From Selaginella moellendorffii (Eukaryota; Plantae; Lycopodiophyta): a stretch of DNA of 64,000 nucleotides. The notes under the pieces were generated by a model. The model was not told where the DNA came from and ran no database searches. It was given only the letters and a program-made list of their open reading frames with translations. Location: positions 1,172,677 through 1,236,676 of the forward strand of contig NW_003314288.1 in assembly GCF_000143415.4 (NCBI RefSeq). The letters run 5' to 3'. Positions 1-10,672 of this stretch are shown in pieces. Made by a program: the position numbers and the translations under genes. Position 1 is the stretch's first letter; the number at the start of each line of letters is the position of its first letter.

Positions 1-1
1 C

Positions 2-214
2 GACATCCTCAATGACACGGGCAGGGACTCTTTCATCTACACCAGCGTTGGAAGCGCTCCACACATCGGTTACGGTCGTGCTAAGTGCAATGGCAACTGC
101 GGTAATCGTCTCGTTAAGGCCAGAAACACCATAAAAAACGCCGTTTCACGGGCTCTGGGTGCTTGCCTCTGCACCGATGCTTGCTACTTGCGCTACGAGA
201 ATTACAGTTTCTAG
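2..214 (+). CDS. 3' end of Gnk2-homologous (DUF26/stress-antifungal) cysteine-rich protein, 5'-truncated by window
   Basis: Frame 2 translates ...IGYGRAKCNGNCGNRLVKARNTIKNAVSRALGACLCTDACYLRYENYSF* (TAG 212-214). YG-x-A-x-C and C-terminal CYLRYE-x-Y-x-F are typical of DUF26. Confidence 0.7.
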   Translation, partial: DILNDTGRDSFIYTSVGSAPHIGYGRAKCNGNCGNRLVKARNTIKNAVSRALGACLCTDACYLRYENYSF

Positions 215-349
215 ACAAAATACTGCAGTGTCAAACCGATAAAACCGATAAAAGTAAGAAACTGTCAAGCCAAGAAGCATGAGACCGACCGATGTACGAA
301 GAAACAGCTACTTCATGAGTTTTTGTGGAAGATTGATCTAATATTAGAA

Positions 350-3300
350 TTAAGATACACTGTTCTTGCAGAGATTAGAGAGCAAGACATAGAGCGAGCC
401 TTCACTTGGATCCAGCTCAAATGCACGAGCCGCAACTCCTCCAACCTCCCAGGAGCTCTTGCATGATCCCACCAAGATCATCCACGCCAGAGAGTCCGGG
501 TGAAACGGCATGCCGCGAATCAGCTCTCGAGCCTCATCTTCTCGCCCCGCTCGACACAAGAGATCGGTGACACACTTGTAGTGTTCCATCGTCGCCCGGA
601 TGCCATGCTCCGCCACCAGAAACACAAAGCAGCTCAGTCCCTCCGCTACGAGCCCGCCATGGCTGTACGCGAGCAACACACACACCGTTGTGACATCGTC
701 GGCCTTGATCCCGTGTTGCTGCATTTCCTGAAAGATCTGCAAAGTTTGCTGTGGGGGAGCATTCCGGGCATAGGCTGTGATGAGCGTGTTCCAAGTGATT
801 GTGTTCTTCACCGCCATCTTTTCGAAGAAGCCCCTCGCTCGATCCAGTCGACCACACTTGCTGTACATGTTTATCACGGCTGATCCCACCACGACATCGC
901 AATCGAGGCCCTCGTCCGCAGCACAGCGATGGATTGTCTCCCCATCTCGTAGCGATGGAATCCCTGCGCATGCATCCACTGCGGTGGCAAAGGTGATCTC
1001 TTCCGCTCTCACGCCCTCCAGATCCATTTCCCGGAACAAGCACAGAGCTTCTTTGCTATGCCCGTTCTGGGTGTACGCGGAGATCATCGAGTTCCACGAG
1101 AAAACACCCTTCACTGGCATTTGATCGAAAAGGTTTCTCGCATCACCGCATTTTTCGTTGCTTCCATATGCCGAAATCATGGAATTCCAGGAGATCGCGT
1201 CCCAGGAGGGCATCCTTTCAAACGCTTGTCTCGCGGAGTGGATATGCCCAGTCGCGGCATATGCTCGAAGCAAGGCATTCCACGACGCGGAGCTTCTTCC
1301 CGGACATTGACCAAAGACGAGCTTTGCGGAGGATGGGTCCTCACCGGCCTGGAACTGGATCAACATATTCCAGCTCATGGAGTTGTGCTGTGGCATTCGA
1401 TTGAAAACGAGGTGGGTTTCGGGGCAAGAGGACGCGAGCAGCGCATTCCACGACACCACATTCCTCTCGGGCATCTCATCAAACACTGCTCTTGCGTTCC
1501 TCGAATCGCCGCGCTGTGCAAACGCAGTGATCATCGTGTTCCAGGATACGACATTCTTGTGGATCATCCTTCCAAACAACTCTCTCGCGGCATCAAGATC
1601 TCCAGTTGCGGCAATCACCGCGTTCTTCGCAGTGACATCCACCTCCGGCATTCGATCCAAAAACTCCATCCCTCGCTCAACATGACCATTGTCGAGGAGG
1701 ACTTGGAGCATCGAATTCCACGCAAAGAGGTCGTGCTGAGGCATTCTCTCGAAAGATTCCAGCGCATCAGAAAGATTCGCCGCGGCACCGTAGCCAACCA
1801 CAAGCCCCGACCACGAAATCACGTCCCTCTGTAGCATCTCGTCAAACGAGCTCCTTGATTCCAGGATATCCCCAGCGCGAGAATATGCTTGGATCAAGAG
1901 ATTCCATGGCACCGTGGACCACTGTGGGAACCTGTGTAGCAAGAGCTTTGCACCCTCGAGATTATCATCCTGGGTATATGCCTGGAGCATGGACGTCCAA
2001 GATACCACGTTGCGTTGCCTCATGGCGTGGAAGATTCCCTCCGCGGCTGACACGTTTCCACACTGGGTATATGCCTGGACCATAGCGTTCCAGGGGAGAA
2101 TATCCCACTGTGGCATCTTGTCAAGTGTGTGCTGCGCGAGTTCTACATTGCCACTCGCGATGCACGCTTGGATCGTTGAGTTCCAACTCACGAGATCTCT
2201 TTGTGGCATCTGGGCGAAGAATGTGTGATCCACTCCAACGCCAATCACTGTGTTGAGCGAGATGATGTTCCACTGGGGCATCTTATGAAAGAGCGGCCAA
2301 GGATCACAGCAACATTGGATGAATCCCGCAAGTAGGCAATTCCATGAGAATAGATTGTGCTGCGACAATCGATCAAAGATGTTCTTGGCGGATTTGACGT
2401 CGCCTTGCTGTGCCCTTGCCCGGATCATTGCATTGCAAGCGATGGTGCTACTCGACTGGGACGGCATCACATCGAAGAGTGCCATCGCGGCATCCAGATC
2501 GCCATTGTGGATGCATCCCAGGATGATCGCACTCCAGCAAGAATCGTCCCATTCCGGCATTCGCCCGAAGGCCTCTCTCGCGTCATCCAGGCGGCCTTGA
2601 TCATTTGCCAGGGATTGGATCAGGCCTGTCCAGGAGATGATATCGTGCTGTGGCATCTGATCGAAGAGCTCGAGCGCGATTTCTAGATGCCCGTGCTGCG
2701 AGAAAGCGAGGCTCATCACATTCCAAGAAGCGGTTGTGAAAGCCGGCATCGCAGCAAAGGTCCGCGCTACCTCCTCCAAATCTCCTCTTTGGGCATTTGC
2801 TGATAGCAAGGCAGTCCAGGAGACTATATCCCTGTTGTTCATCTCATAAAACATTGCTATAGCGAGATCAATTTTTCCAGCGTTGGTGTATGCTTGGATC
2901 ATTGTGTTCCAGGAAACCGTGTCTGGATCGGGCATCAAATCGAAGAGATTTCCAGCTTCTTCCAGATCCCCGTGATGGGCAAGTGCCGAGATCATCGTAT
3001 TCCAGGACACGACACTGCGATGCGGCATTGTATCGAAGAAAAACCTCGCGCTGTGTGTGTCCTTGCTCTGGACGAACGCCGCGAGCATGATATTCCAGGA
3101 GAAGACGTTCTTGTGAGAGATCTCCGAGAAGGCGGCCATGGCGTCGGCCACGCTTCCACAGGCGCCATACATTTGGACGAGGAGATTGCCGAGAAATGTG
3201 CCTCGATCGAGAGCTCCCCCGGCCCTGGCGATCTGGGAATGGACGCGCTTCGCCGCCACCAGGCATCTCGCGCTCGCGCATTGGCGCACCAGGGAGCGGT

Positions 3301-3370
3301 AGCCCTGCGCGCCATCGCTGCTGGCCTCTGTGCTGATCCATCGCCTAGCGCATCGATTCCTAGGGAGCAT
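350..3370 (-). CDS. PLS-class pentatricopeptide repeat protein with E domain (organellar RNA-editing factor type), ~1006 aa, intronless
   Basis: Long run of S/SS-type PPR motifs (VVSWN..MI..Y..G) ending in P2-L2-S2-E (EHYKCVTDLLCRAG...MPFHPD..AW..L..SC). First ATG in the ORF is 3370; the track start at 3562 is a TTG. Confidence 0.9.
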   Translation of the reverse strand: MLPRNRCARRWISTEASSDGAQGYRSLVRQCASARCLVAAKRVHSQIARAGGALDRGTFLGNLLVQMYGACGSVADAMAAFSEISHKNVFSWNIMLAAFVQSKDTHSARFFFDTMPHRSVVSWNTMISALAHHGDLEEAGNLFDLMPDPDTVSWNTMIQAYTNAGKIDLAIAMFYEMNNRDIVSWTALLSANAQRGDLEEVARTFAAMPAFTTASWNVMSLAFSQHGHLEIALELFDQMPQHDIISWTGLIQSLANDQGRLDDAREAFGRMPEWDDSCWSAIILGCIHNGDLDAAMALFDVMPSQSSSTIACNAMIRARAQQGDVKSAKNIFDRLSQHNLFSWNCLLAGFIQCCCDPWPLFHKMPQWNIISLNTVIGVGVDHTFFAQMPQRDLVSWNSTIQACIASGNVELAQHTLDKMPQWDILPWNAMVQAYTQCGNVSAAEGIFHAMRQRNVVSWTSMLQAYTQDDNLEGAKLLLHRFPQWSTVPWNLLIQAYSRAGDILESRSSFDEMLQRDVISWSGLVVGYGAAANLSDALESFERMPQHDLFAWNSMLQVLLDNGHVERGMEFLDRMPEVDVTAKNAVIAATGDLDAARELFGRMIHKNVVSWNTMITAFAQRGDSRNARAVFDEMPERNVVSWNALLASSCPETHLVFNRMPQHNSMSWNMLIQFQAGEDPSSAKLVFGQCPGRSSASWNALLRAYAATGHIHSARQAFERMPSWDAISWNSMISAYGSNEKCGDARNLFDQMPVKGVFSWNSMISAYTQNGHSKEALCLFREMDLEGVRAEEITFATAVDACAGIPSLRDGETIHRCAADEGLDCDVVVGSAVINMYSKCGRLDRARGFFEKMAVKNTITWNTLITAYARNAPPQQTLQIFQEMQQHGIKADDVTTVCVLLAYSHGGLVAEGLSCFVFLVAEHGIRATMEHYKCVTDLLCRAGREDEARELIRGMPFHPDSLAWMILVGSCKSSWEVGGVAARAFELDPSEGSLYVLLSNLCKNSVS

Positions 3371-3433
3371 CCAAAGGCATGGCGAGCATTCTTCTTGGGC
3401 TCTTAGGGTTCTTTCATTCCCTATGGATTTTCC

Positions 3434-6055
3434 ATGGTCCCAATGCGTCGATGCCTTGGATCGGCAATGCAGCGGCAGGCGCTCCAGATGCTGGACCTCA
3501 ATCGGATTGATCTTTCCGGGTTGCGGCTCAATCGCGACACCAGTGTGTGGCTCCTCCGGCAATGCGACAACCTAGAGCAAGGTAGACGGATCCATTCCGA
3601 GCTCGCAAGAACAGGGATAGATTCGGAGACGCTGCTGGGAAATACGCTCGTCCAGATGTATGGCAAGTGTGGGAACTTGGCAGAAGCTCGAGCAGCGTTC
3701 GATGGAATCGCGGAGAAGAATGTCTTCTCCTGGAGCATCATCATCGGGCTGTATTCTCGTCACAGGCTCTCGAGAGAGGCGATCGAGCTGTTCCACGCGA
3801 TGGATGTGAGGCCGAATTGCGTGACTTTCATCAACACTTTGGGAGCTTGCTCCAGCGCCGAGTTTCTAGAGACTGGAAAGAAGATCCACGCCCAGATCGT
3901 CGCGGGAGAGGTGGAACTCGAGCTAAATCTCGCGAATTCCTTGATCAGCATGTACAGCAATTGTGGAAGCTTGGTGGACGCAAAAAGATTCTTCGATGGG
4001 ATGAATCGCAGGAATGTTGTCTCATGGAATTGTATCATCGCAGCATTTTCCGGGCACGGGCATTACAGAGAGGCGGTGGACTTGTTCTACGAGATGGAGA
4101 AACAGGGATTCAAGCCTGACCGGGTAAGCTTTGTGTCGGTCTTTAGTGCTTGCTCCATTCTAGAGGATTTGTCCCAAGGCAGGAGAATTCACGCTCGGTT
4201 TTGTGATGGCAGGATGAAGCTGGATGTTTCAATCGGGAACACGCTCCTCAACATGTATGCCAGGTGTGGGAGCTTGGATGATGCAAGGTTGGTGTTTGAT
4301 TCGATTACGTCCAGAAACATAGTCTCATGGACTTCGATGATCGCAGCGTACGCCCAGTTCGATCGCTTTCACGATGCATACGAAGTGTTCCAGAAAATGG
4401 GAGTAGCACCGAATGAAGTTACGTTCATCACGATCCTCGGGGCCTGCGCTGAAGCCAGAGCTTTGAAGCAAGCCAGAGAGATCCACAGCCTGGTGCTAAC
4501 GAGTGGGATCCTCGAGAAGCAGCAACTTACAGTGGGAAATGGCTTGATCAACACGTACGCGAAGTGTGGGAGCTTGAGCGACGCAAAAACGGTCTTTGAG
4601 AGCATGGCCACCGCGGAGAGGAACGTCGTGACTTGGACGAGCATCATCGCGGCTTGTGGACTCTGTGGACACCCGCGCGAAGCTCTGGCTTTGTTCCATC
4701 GCATGGAACTCGAAGGCATACCAGCGAACGAGATTACTTTCGGGACGGTTCTTTCGGCTTGCGCAGACTTGGGAAGCACAAGAGAAGCTCGGTATCTTCA
4801 CGGGCTTATCGTCTCAGGTGGCTACGATCGAGACACAGTGGTCTGTAATGGACTGATCAACATGTTCGGCAAATGCGGTATGCTGGAAGATGCAAGAGCC
4901 ATTTTTGAGAGGATGAGAAGCAGGAATCTCGTCACTTGGACAGGAATGCTAGGAGCTTACATCCAGCAGCAAGAAATCAGACAGGCAGTGTCGCTGTTCC
5001 AGCAGATGGAAGTGGAAGGAATCACTCCCAACATAGTTACGATGGTGAGCATCATAGTCGGATGTTCTAGCAGCAACACTCTGGAGCTTGATCCGCTGGA
5101 AGCCGCAAAGTCGATCCATCGTTCCTGTATAGTCGGCACCGAGATGGAGGCTGACACTCTGGTGGGAACTGCCGTGGTCGACATGTACGTGAAGTCCGGG
5201 GACATGATCCAGGCGAGAGAAGCCTTCGAGAGAATCTCCTACAAGGACGTGATGGCTTGGACTACAATGGTGGCGGCTTACGCTCAGGCTGGCTATGCCG
5301 ACGAAGCGCTCAAGCTCTACGCGAGAATGGGACTGGAGGGTGTAGCTCCGGACGAGATCACTTTCGTCAACCTCTTGCACGCCTGCTCGAGAATGGGGGC
5401 GAAGAAAGAAGGCTGGACGATTCGCTCCCACATCCTCGAGCGTGGTCTTCCGAGCTCCAGAGTTTTGGGAAACGGGCTGGTTTGCTTCTACGGTGCGTGT
5501 GGAACTTGGCTCCAGGCGAAGATGGTCTTCGAGAACTTGGCAGAGCGAGACTCTGCGGCATGGAACGCTGCGATCGGTGTCTCCGGCCAGCACGGTTTCT
5601 ACGACGAATCTCTCCGGCTGTTCGAGCGGATGGTGTTGGAAGGAATGGAGCCGGACGAGATCACCTTCACCAACGTTCTCTTCTCGTGTAGCCACAGTGG
5701 AGAGATCGAGCGAGCCTGGCGGTGGTTTCTCGTGATGAGAGGCGATCACGGCATGGAACCCAATGTGGAGCACTGGGGCTGCCTGGCGGATCTCTTTGGG
5801 CGATTGGGATGGATCGACGAGGCCGAGAGACTGGTGAGTTTCCTGCCAAGAACAAGAGCTTCCATCGCTTGGACGACCCTTCTCAGCGGCTGCAAAGTCC
5901 ATGGCGATGTCTCCACTGCCGAGCGAGCGGCGGAGCGCGCCATGGCTGTGGATCCAAGCAAATCCTCGCCGTACGTTCTCCTCTCGCATCTCTACCGCTG
6001 CGGGCATTTGAATTTGGCGGGAGAGTTTGTAAACGGGCGGCTGGGATGCGTTTAA
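3434..6055 (+). CDS. PLS-class PPR protein with E domain, 873 aa, intronless
   Basis: Repeated P-L-S triplets (MYGKCG, NVVSW, PNEVTF) and E domain (EHWGCLADLFGRLG...AWTTLLSGCKVHGD...PYVLLSHLY). Confidence 0.92.
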   Translation: MVPMRRCLGSAMQRQALQMLDLNRIDLSGLRLNRDTSVWLLRQCDNLEQGRRIHSELARTGIDSETLLGNTLVQMYGKCGNLAEARAAFDGIAEKNVFSWSIIIGLYSRHRLSREAIELFHAMDVRPNCVTFINTLGACSSAEFLETGKKIHAQIVAGEVELELNLANSLISMYSNCGSLVDAKRFFDGMNRRNVVSWNCIIAAFSGHGHYREAVDLFYEMEKQGFKPDRVSFVSVFSACSILEDLSQGRRIHARFCDGRMKLDVSIGNTLLNMYARCGSLDDARLVFDSITSRNIVSWTSMIAAYAQFDRFHDAYEVFQKMGVAPNEVTFITILGACAEARALKQAREIHSLVLTSGILEKQQLTVGNGLINTYAKCGSLSDAKTVFESMATAERNVVTWTSIIAACGLCGHPREALALFHRMELEGIPANEITFGTVLSACADLGSTREARYLHGLIVSGGYDRDTVVCNGLINMFGKCGMLEDARAIFERMRSRNLVTWTGMLGAYIQQQEIRQAVSLFQQMEVEGITPNIVTMVSIIVGCSSSNTLELDPLEAAKSIHRSCIVGTEMEADTLVGTAVVDMYVKSGDMIQAREAFERISYKDVMAWTTMVAAYAQAGYADEALKLYARMGLEGVAPDEITFVNLLHACSRMGAKKEGWTIRSHILERGLPSSRVLGNGLVCFYGACGTWLQAKMVFENLAERDSAAWNAAIGVSGQHGFYDESLRLFERMVLEGMEPDEITFTNVLFSCSHSGEIERAWRWFLVMRGDHGMEPNVEHWGCLADLFGRLGWIDEAERLVSFLPRTRASIAWTTLLSGCKVHGDVSTAERAAERAMAVDPSKSSPYVLLSHLYRCGHLNLAGEFVNGRLGCV

Positions 6056-6109
6056 TCGTGGCTATAGGATGGAATGGAGATCGACGGTGGGCGGGCAACC
6101 CTTGCTCAA

Positions 6110-7348
6110 ATGGCGAAGAGAAAGCGCAAGGGCGCGGCAGCTCCTGCCAAAGGCGATGGAGGCGATGGCGGCGATGGGGGCGAGGCGGTGGAGAATGACG
6201 CAGGCGCCAGCTCCCCCCAGTGCTTGTATGAGGTAGGCGATCGGTTCTTTGCTTAGTTTCGCATTTTATGGGCTGGTGTTAGATCCTTGGGGTTGAGCGG
6301 ACGGCTTCCCAGGCGGAGATCAAGAAGGCTTATCACAAGCTTGCTCTGCGATTACATCCGGACAAGAATCCGGAAGACAAGGTTTGGCTTTCAAGAAGAA
6401 GGTTCTTCCTCACTGGTTTTTTCTGTGTAGGACGCCAATGAAAAATTTCAATCGCTCCAGAATGTTTTTGCCGTCCTGGGTGATCCTGAAAAGAGAGCTC
6501 TGTACGACGAAACTGGATCTGTTGAAGACGCTGTAAGTTCTCCATTTTTTTCTTTCTCTTCTCGTTTCCTTGTTTATCTTTCTACTCTTGCAGGAGTTAT
6601 TGGGGGATCGTGGCAAATCACTCTATGAGTACTTTAGGACGATCTACAAGGTGTGTGGATTTTTCTGCTATTTCTCTAGATTGGTTCTTATCAAAGATAC
6701 ATTAGCCTGTCACTGAAGAAGATATCGAGGCGTTTGCAGCAGCATACAGAGGCTCTGACACAGAGAAAAAAGATCTCAAGGAGTTGTACACAAAATGCAA
6801 AGGCAACATGAACCTGTACGTGAAAAGATCTCTAGATTGTATGTGCACGTACTCACATGTGATTCTATGCAGAGTCTTTGGGATGCTCATGTGCTCAGAG
6901 CCCAAGCTTGACTCGCATCGTTTTATGGAGGTGATCGATGAAGCAATTGCTTCTGGTAAGCCTTTTTTATCTATGCGAGCTTTGAAGTCTTATCTTTTTC
7001 TCGATTCCTTCTTTCAGGGGAGTTAAAGTCGACTAACACATATCGTAAATGGGCCAAGAAGACTGCAACGCAGCCGGCTCCTGCCGATCCCTTCGAGTAT
7101 GTCAGCTGTTTTTAAGTGGAAATTTACTTTTTGCCATTTTTTGTAGGAGACGGCAGAACCCCCCTGAAAACTTACTTGCAGCCATACAGTCCCGTCAAAA
7201 ACGGATGAATTCACTTACCTCTGCGCTAGAGGCGAAGTATGGCGGCAAGAAGAAAGAGAAGAATGCCATGCCTCAGGAACCATCCGAGGAAGAGTTTGAA
7301 GCAGCGAGGCAGAGGCTCAAAGCCAAGGGGAAAGCAAAAAAAGCTTAG
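6110..7348 (+). CDS. J-domain chaperone, DnaJ type III (ATJ6 / DNAJC9-like); exons 6110-6232, 6283-6381, 6431-6532, 6594-6650, 6706-6815, 6873-6955, 7018-7096, 7147-7348
   Basis: Seven GT-AG introns of 49-62 nt splice to [33 protein letters not shown]...EKFQSLQ...[14 protein letters not shown]...[11 protein letters not shown]...[17 protein letters not shown] motif present and C-terminus is DNAJC9-like. Confidence 0.9.
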
Positions 7349-7479
7349 CTACAAGGTTTGCATGCTGGTGGTCGCTAATCATGGACTTGCTAACTGAGAG
7401 TAACGTGGCAGCGCGCCTGGTTTTATTCTGGACCTTGGACGTTGTAAAGGTATGTAGTTTGATCATCTCCAAATCCAGT

Positions 7480-7760
7480 CATGACGTCGTCAATGACTTT
7501 CTTTTCTTTTTTGCTTTGCAGTCTTGTACGCGTCTATGGCTACTCTACATGAATTGTCTTCCGATCCCGATCCTGTCCGTGTGGCAGACCTCAACGATTA
7601 TCCCTGCAAGCCGTATGTCAACGTGACGATCGACGACTTCGTCTTCAGCATTCCCGCCGATCCCAGCCAGGCCCCCCTCGGGAACCAGCGGCACTCCAGC
7701 CAACGTCGAGACCTTCACGGAGGGCTTTTCGTTTTGCTCGGCTCGACTTTGTGGAGGGTA
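7480..7760 (+). pseudogene. Germin-like protein 5' fragment
   Basis: SSDPDPVRVADLNDYPCKPYVNVTIDDFVFS is homologous to 9631 and 15876 copies but internally deleted and truncated. Confidence 0.75.
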
Positions 7761-8577
7761 GAGGATCGAGCTTGATCTTGGCGAGGTCTCAAAGTTTGGA
7801 GATCCGAGAGCGAGTATCTAGCGCCACTGGTTATAGAAGAGTAGAAGGGGATCAACTGCTCACCTCGTTCGTCTGGTGATTGATGCGTCGTGGGGAGATC
7901 ATTGATCTGCTTCCTTGAAGCGGGAAGTTTGCTGCAAGTTTGTCTTTCTGTGATTTAACTAAGTATTTTGCTGGATGGATTGATTAGAGTAGAAATGCTT
8001 GTGTCTATTTAAACTATGAGTTCCTCAATCGCCCTACTATGTTGGACAAACATAGTTTCCTGAATCCAAACATCAGGTTTGGGTCACGAAATTTTGAGAA
8101 TTTTGATAAAGCTACGAGGATGCGCCATCGCAGGAGAGAACGACGACAAGCGAGTACACTCACGCCCCCGGCTAGATAGCACTCGCTTTCACTCAAGCTG
8201 GATGCCCAAGCTGCTGGCAACCTGATCCCAGTCGAAAAGCCCTGGTTAAGATCTTTTTTTTCCCCCTTTATTTCTTGGACTGGTCTAAACTGGCACCAGC
8301 AGTGAAGAGAGGACTTCCAGGTAGTAGCAGTGTCACACTGTGGGCTGTACATCTGAAGGGGTTTTTTATATCTCTAGGAAGATGTAGATGCCATACAGAT
8401 GAAGATGCCTCAGTAGGAGAGACGAGGCTAAAACTGATAAGGCACAAACTTCACAACTACTAACATGCATTTGTGGAGTGAGCAACATAAGATCAGACTC
8501 TAATTCCATTGATTCCATGCATCAAACTCATATGGTTTTTTAGAGGTTAAATATGAAAAACCCCATTGACAAATTGA

Positions 8578-8793
8578 CTTCAGTTGCAGCTGTTATACCA
8601 ATACCAACTGAACTAGCACTGGTTGCACTTACTATTGTCCTGGACAGACATTGGTTACACTTGCTATTGTACCAGTAACCTTGCCACAGCTTTGTGCCTA
8701 GGCCTTTGTGATGCCATTGCCAACTTCCACAAGGAGCATGACTACCATGACAATGAAGGCCACGCAAAAAGAATAGCTCATCACCATTGCCAT
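8578..8793 (-). pseudogene. Pseudogene paralogue of the secreted Cys/Trp-repeat peptide at 14059-14301
   Basis: MAMVMSYSFCVAFIVMVVMLLVEVGNGITKA* then frameshifted pieces GYWYNSKCNQC, DNSKCNQC*, SWYWYNSCN*. Confidence 0.7.
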
Positions 8794-9630
8794 TAGCAGA
8801 GAATTCTCCTTGATTGAGACGAGAAATATTTTGTAAAAAAGTTTGCTATGAGAAGTTTTGATTTGTGAGATGGATAAGTAATGCTTAGAAGTACGTGTAT
8901 GTCAATATTATATTTGTGGCCTATACATAGTATATACAGGGGGATTTTTTTTGGACGATGGAAAGAAGAAATATTGATATGAATATGGCTAGCCGCTGAT
9001 TTTCAGATGTTTGTTTCAACACAATTTGGCCTGATCTCCGGTTGTGTCCGTGGAGACAAAAATCATGTAAACTCTTGAGATGAAATTAAATAGATTACTA
9101 ACAGCACAAGCAACATTTTTACATTGCATGAAATCTTTTTATTCTAGAACATTTCTCACAAGATCTACAACACACATTTATTCTTGTTTTTTGGTGCAAC
9201 ATGGTGTGAAGTCTGTAACGTAACTCGCTGGTCATCTAGCAAATATGACTAAACAATTGATACACTTGCGAGAGGACGATAATGCTAATTTTCTAGGATC
9301 ACTTCTACTACTGTCGTCGATCAATTTGCAAGGATCGAGGTCTCTCGATCCGTCTTACGATGCAAACCAGGCATCGTGGAATAACGGATTCATCTCCCGT
9401 GACTTTTACATGCTGTAAAAAGAAATGTTGGCATACTCAACAAAAGATCCTCGGCCTCTTTGCCGCGAGGCAGAGGTTAAAGGCCAATGAGAAAGCAAAA
9501 AAACGTTTGCATGCTAAAGTTGGGAGCAACGTGGCAGCAAGTCTGCTTTTCGGAGCTGCATTATATTCTGGACCTTGGACCCTGCAAAGTTATGTAGTCT
9601 GATCCCCTCCAAATCCAGCGACATAGCCAT

Positions 9631-10326
9631 ATGGCGACTTTCTTGTTTTGTTTGGCAGTCTTGTACGCGTCTATGTCTACTCTACAAGCTTTGTCTTCCG
9701 ATCCCGATCTTGTCCGAGACTTTTGTGTGGCAGACCTCGACCATCCGCGTATCCCTGCACGAGTATCCCTGCAAGCCGTATGCCAACGTGACGATCGACG
9801 ACTTCGTCTTCAGCGGCTTGCTCACTCCTGCCGACCCCAGCCTGGGCCCCTCGGGCACCAGCGTCACTCCAGCCTTCGTCGAGACTTTTCCAGGACTCCA
9901 TCGTTTGCTCGGCTCGACTTTGTGGAGGGTGGCCTCATCCCGCCTCACACGCATCCTCGCGCCTCCGAGTTCGTCTACATCACCCTAGGTCGCTTCTACG
10001 CTGGATTCATCGACACAGCCAACAGGGCGTTTGCGAGAGTTTACTCCAAGGGCGTTTGCGAGAGTTTACTTCAAGGGCGAGGTGATGATCTTCCCGAGGG
10101 GTCTCATCCACTGGCAGCTCAATGTGGGAGAGGGTTCAGCGTCGGCTTTTGCAGTGCTAACAGCGAGAAGCCCGGCTTTCAGACCATAGCTCCGTCCATG
10201 TTCGGGAGTGGTGTCACGGAAGAAGTTCTCCAAAAGGCATTTCGGCTGGACGCTCAGACTGTGCACAGGCTTGTCGAAGAGTTTGTTCCCATGGCTGAAT
10301 TCATCCGAGGCACAGTACGGTCGTGA
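9631..10326 (+). pseudogene. Germin-like protein pseudogene (copy A1), frameshifted
   Basis: Signal peptide, DFCVAD, GGLIPPHTHPRASE and GEVMIFPRGLIHWQLN lie in different frames; local duplication near 10024-10075. Confidence 0.85.
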
Positions 10327-10484
10327 TTAAATTCATTGTAGAGCAATAACACAATGTTACTCAAATGGAATCTAGTTTTAATCGACCACTTTCATCTTAA
10401 TCTTTTGATCTACTTGTTAATTCGCAGTGAATGGCGGCAAGTTCTGTATAAACTGCGGACGTAGACTTGGTGCTCGGCAGAAAA

Positions 10485-10672
10485 ATGGCAGGGTTGTTTT
10501 GCTTCTCAGCCTTGTTCTTGATGCTCACTCTCGCCACAGCAAGTTTCATGCTAGGATCGCATGTCTTTTGCGTTGCGGACCTGCATTGTCCGCTGCTCAC
10601 CAACAACAACTACTCGTGCAAACCATACCCCAACGTGACGATCGACGACTTCGTCTTCAGCGGCTTGCTCGT
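10485..10672 (+). pseudogene. Germin-like protein 5' fragment (copy B1), truncated
   Basis: MAGLFCFSALFLM...FCVADLHCPLLTNNNYSCKPYPNVTIDDFVFSGLL closely matches 15876 gene, then similarity stops. Confidence 0.8.

Noticed and set aside
3371-3562. N-terminal extension of the 1070-aa ORF overlapping the opposite PPR gene
   Set aside because: Begins at TTG, not a normal nuclear start; first ATG is 3370.
500-6007. Many 100-350 aa ORFs antisense or frameshifted relative to the PPR genes
   Set aside because: Shadow ORFs of GC-rich coding sequence; no independent motifs.
7790-8270. GC-balanced stretch that might be a structured ncRNA
   Set aside because: No snRNA, snoRNA, SRP or telomerase signature I could match with confidence; needs an Rfam/Infernal scan.
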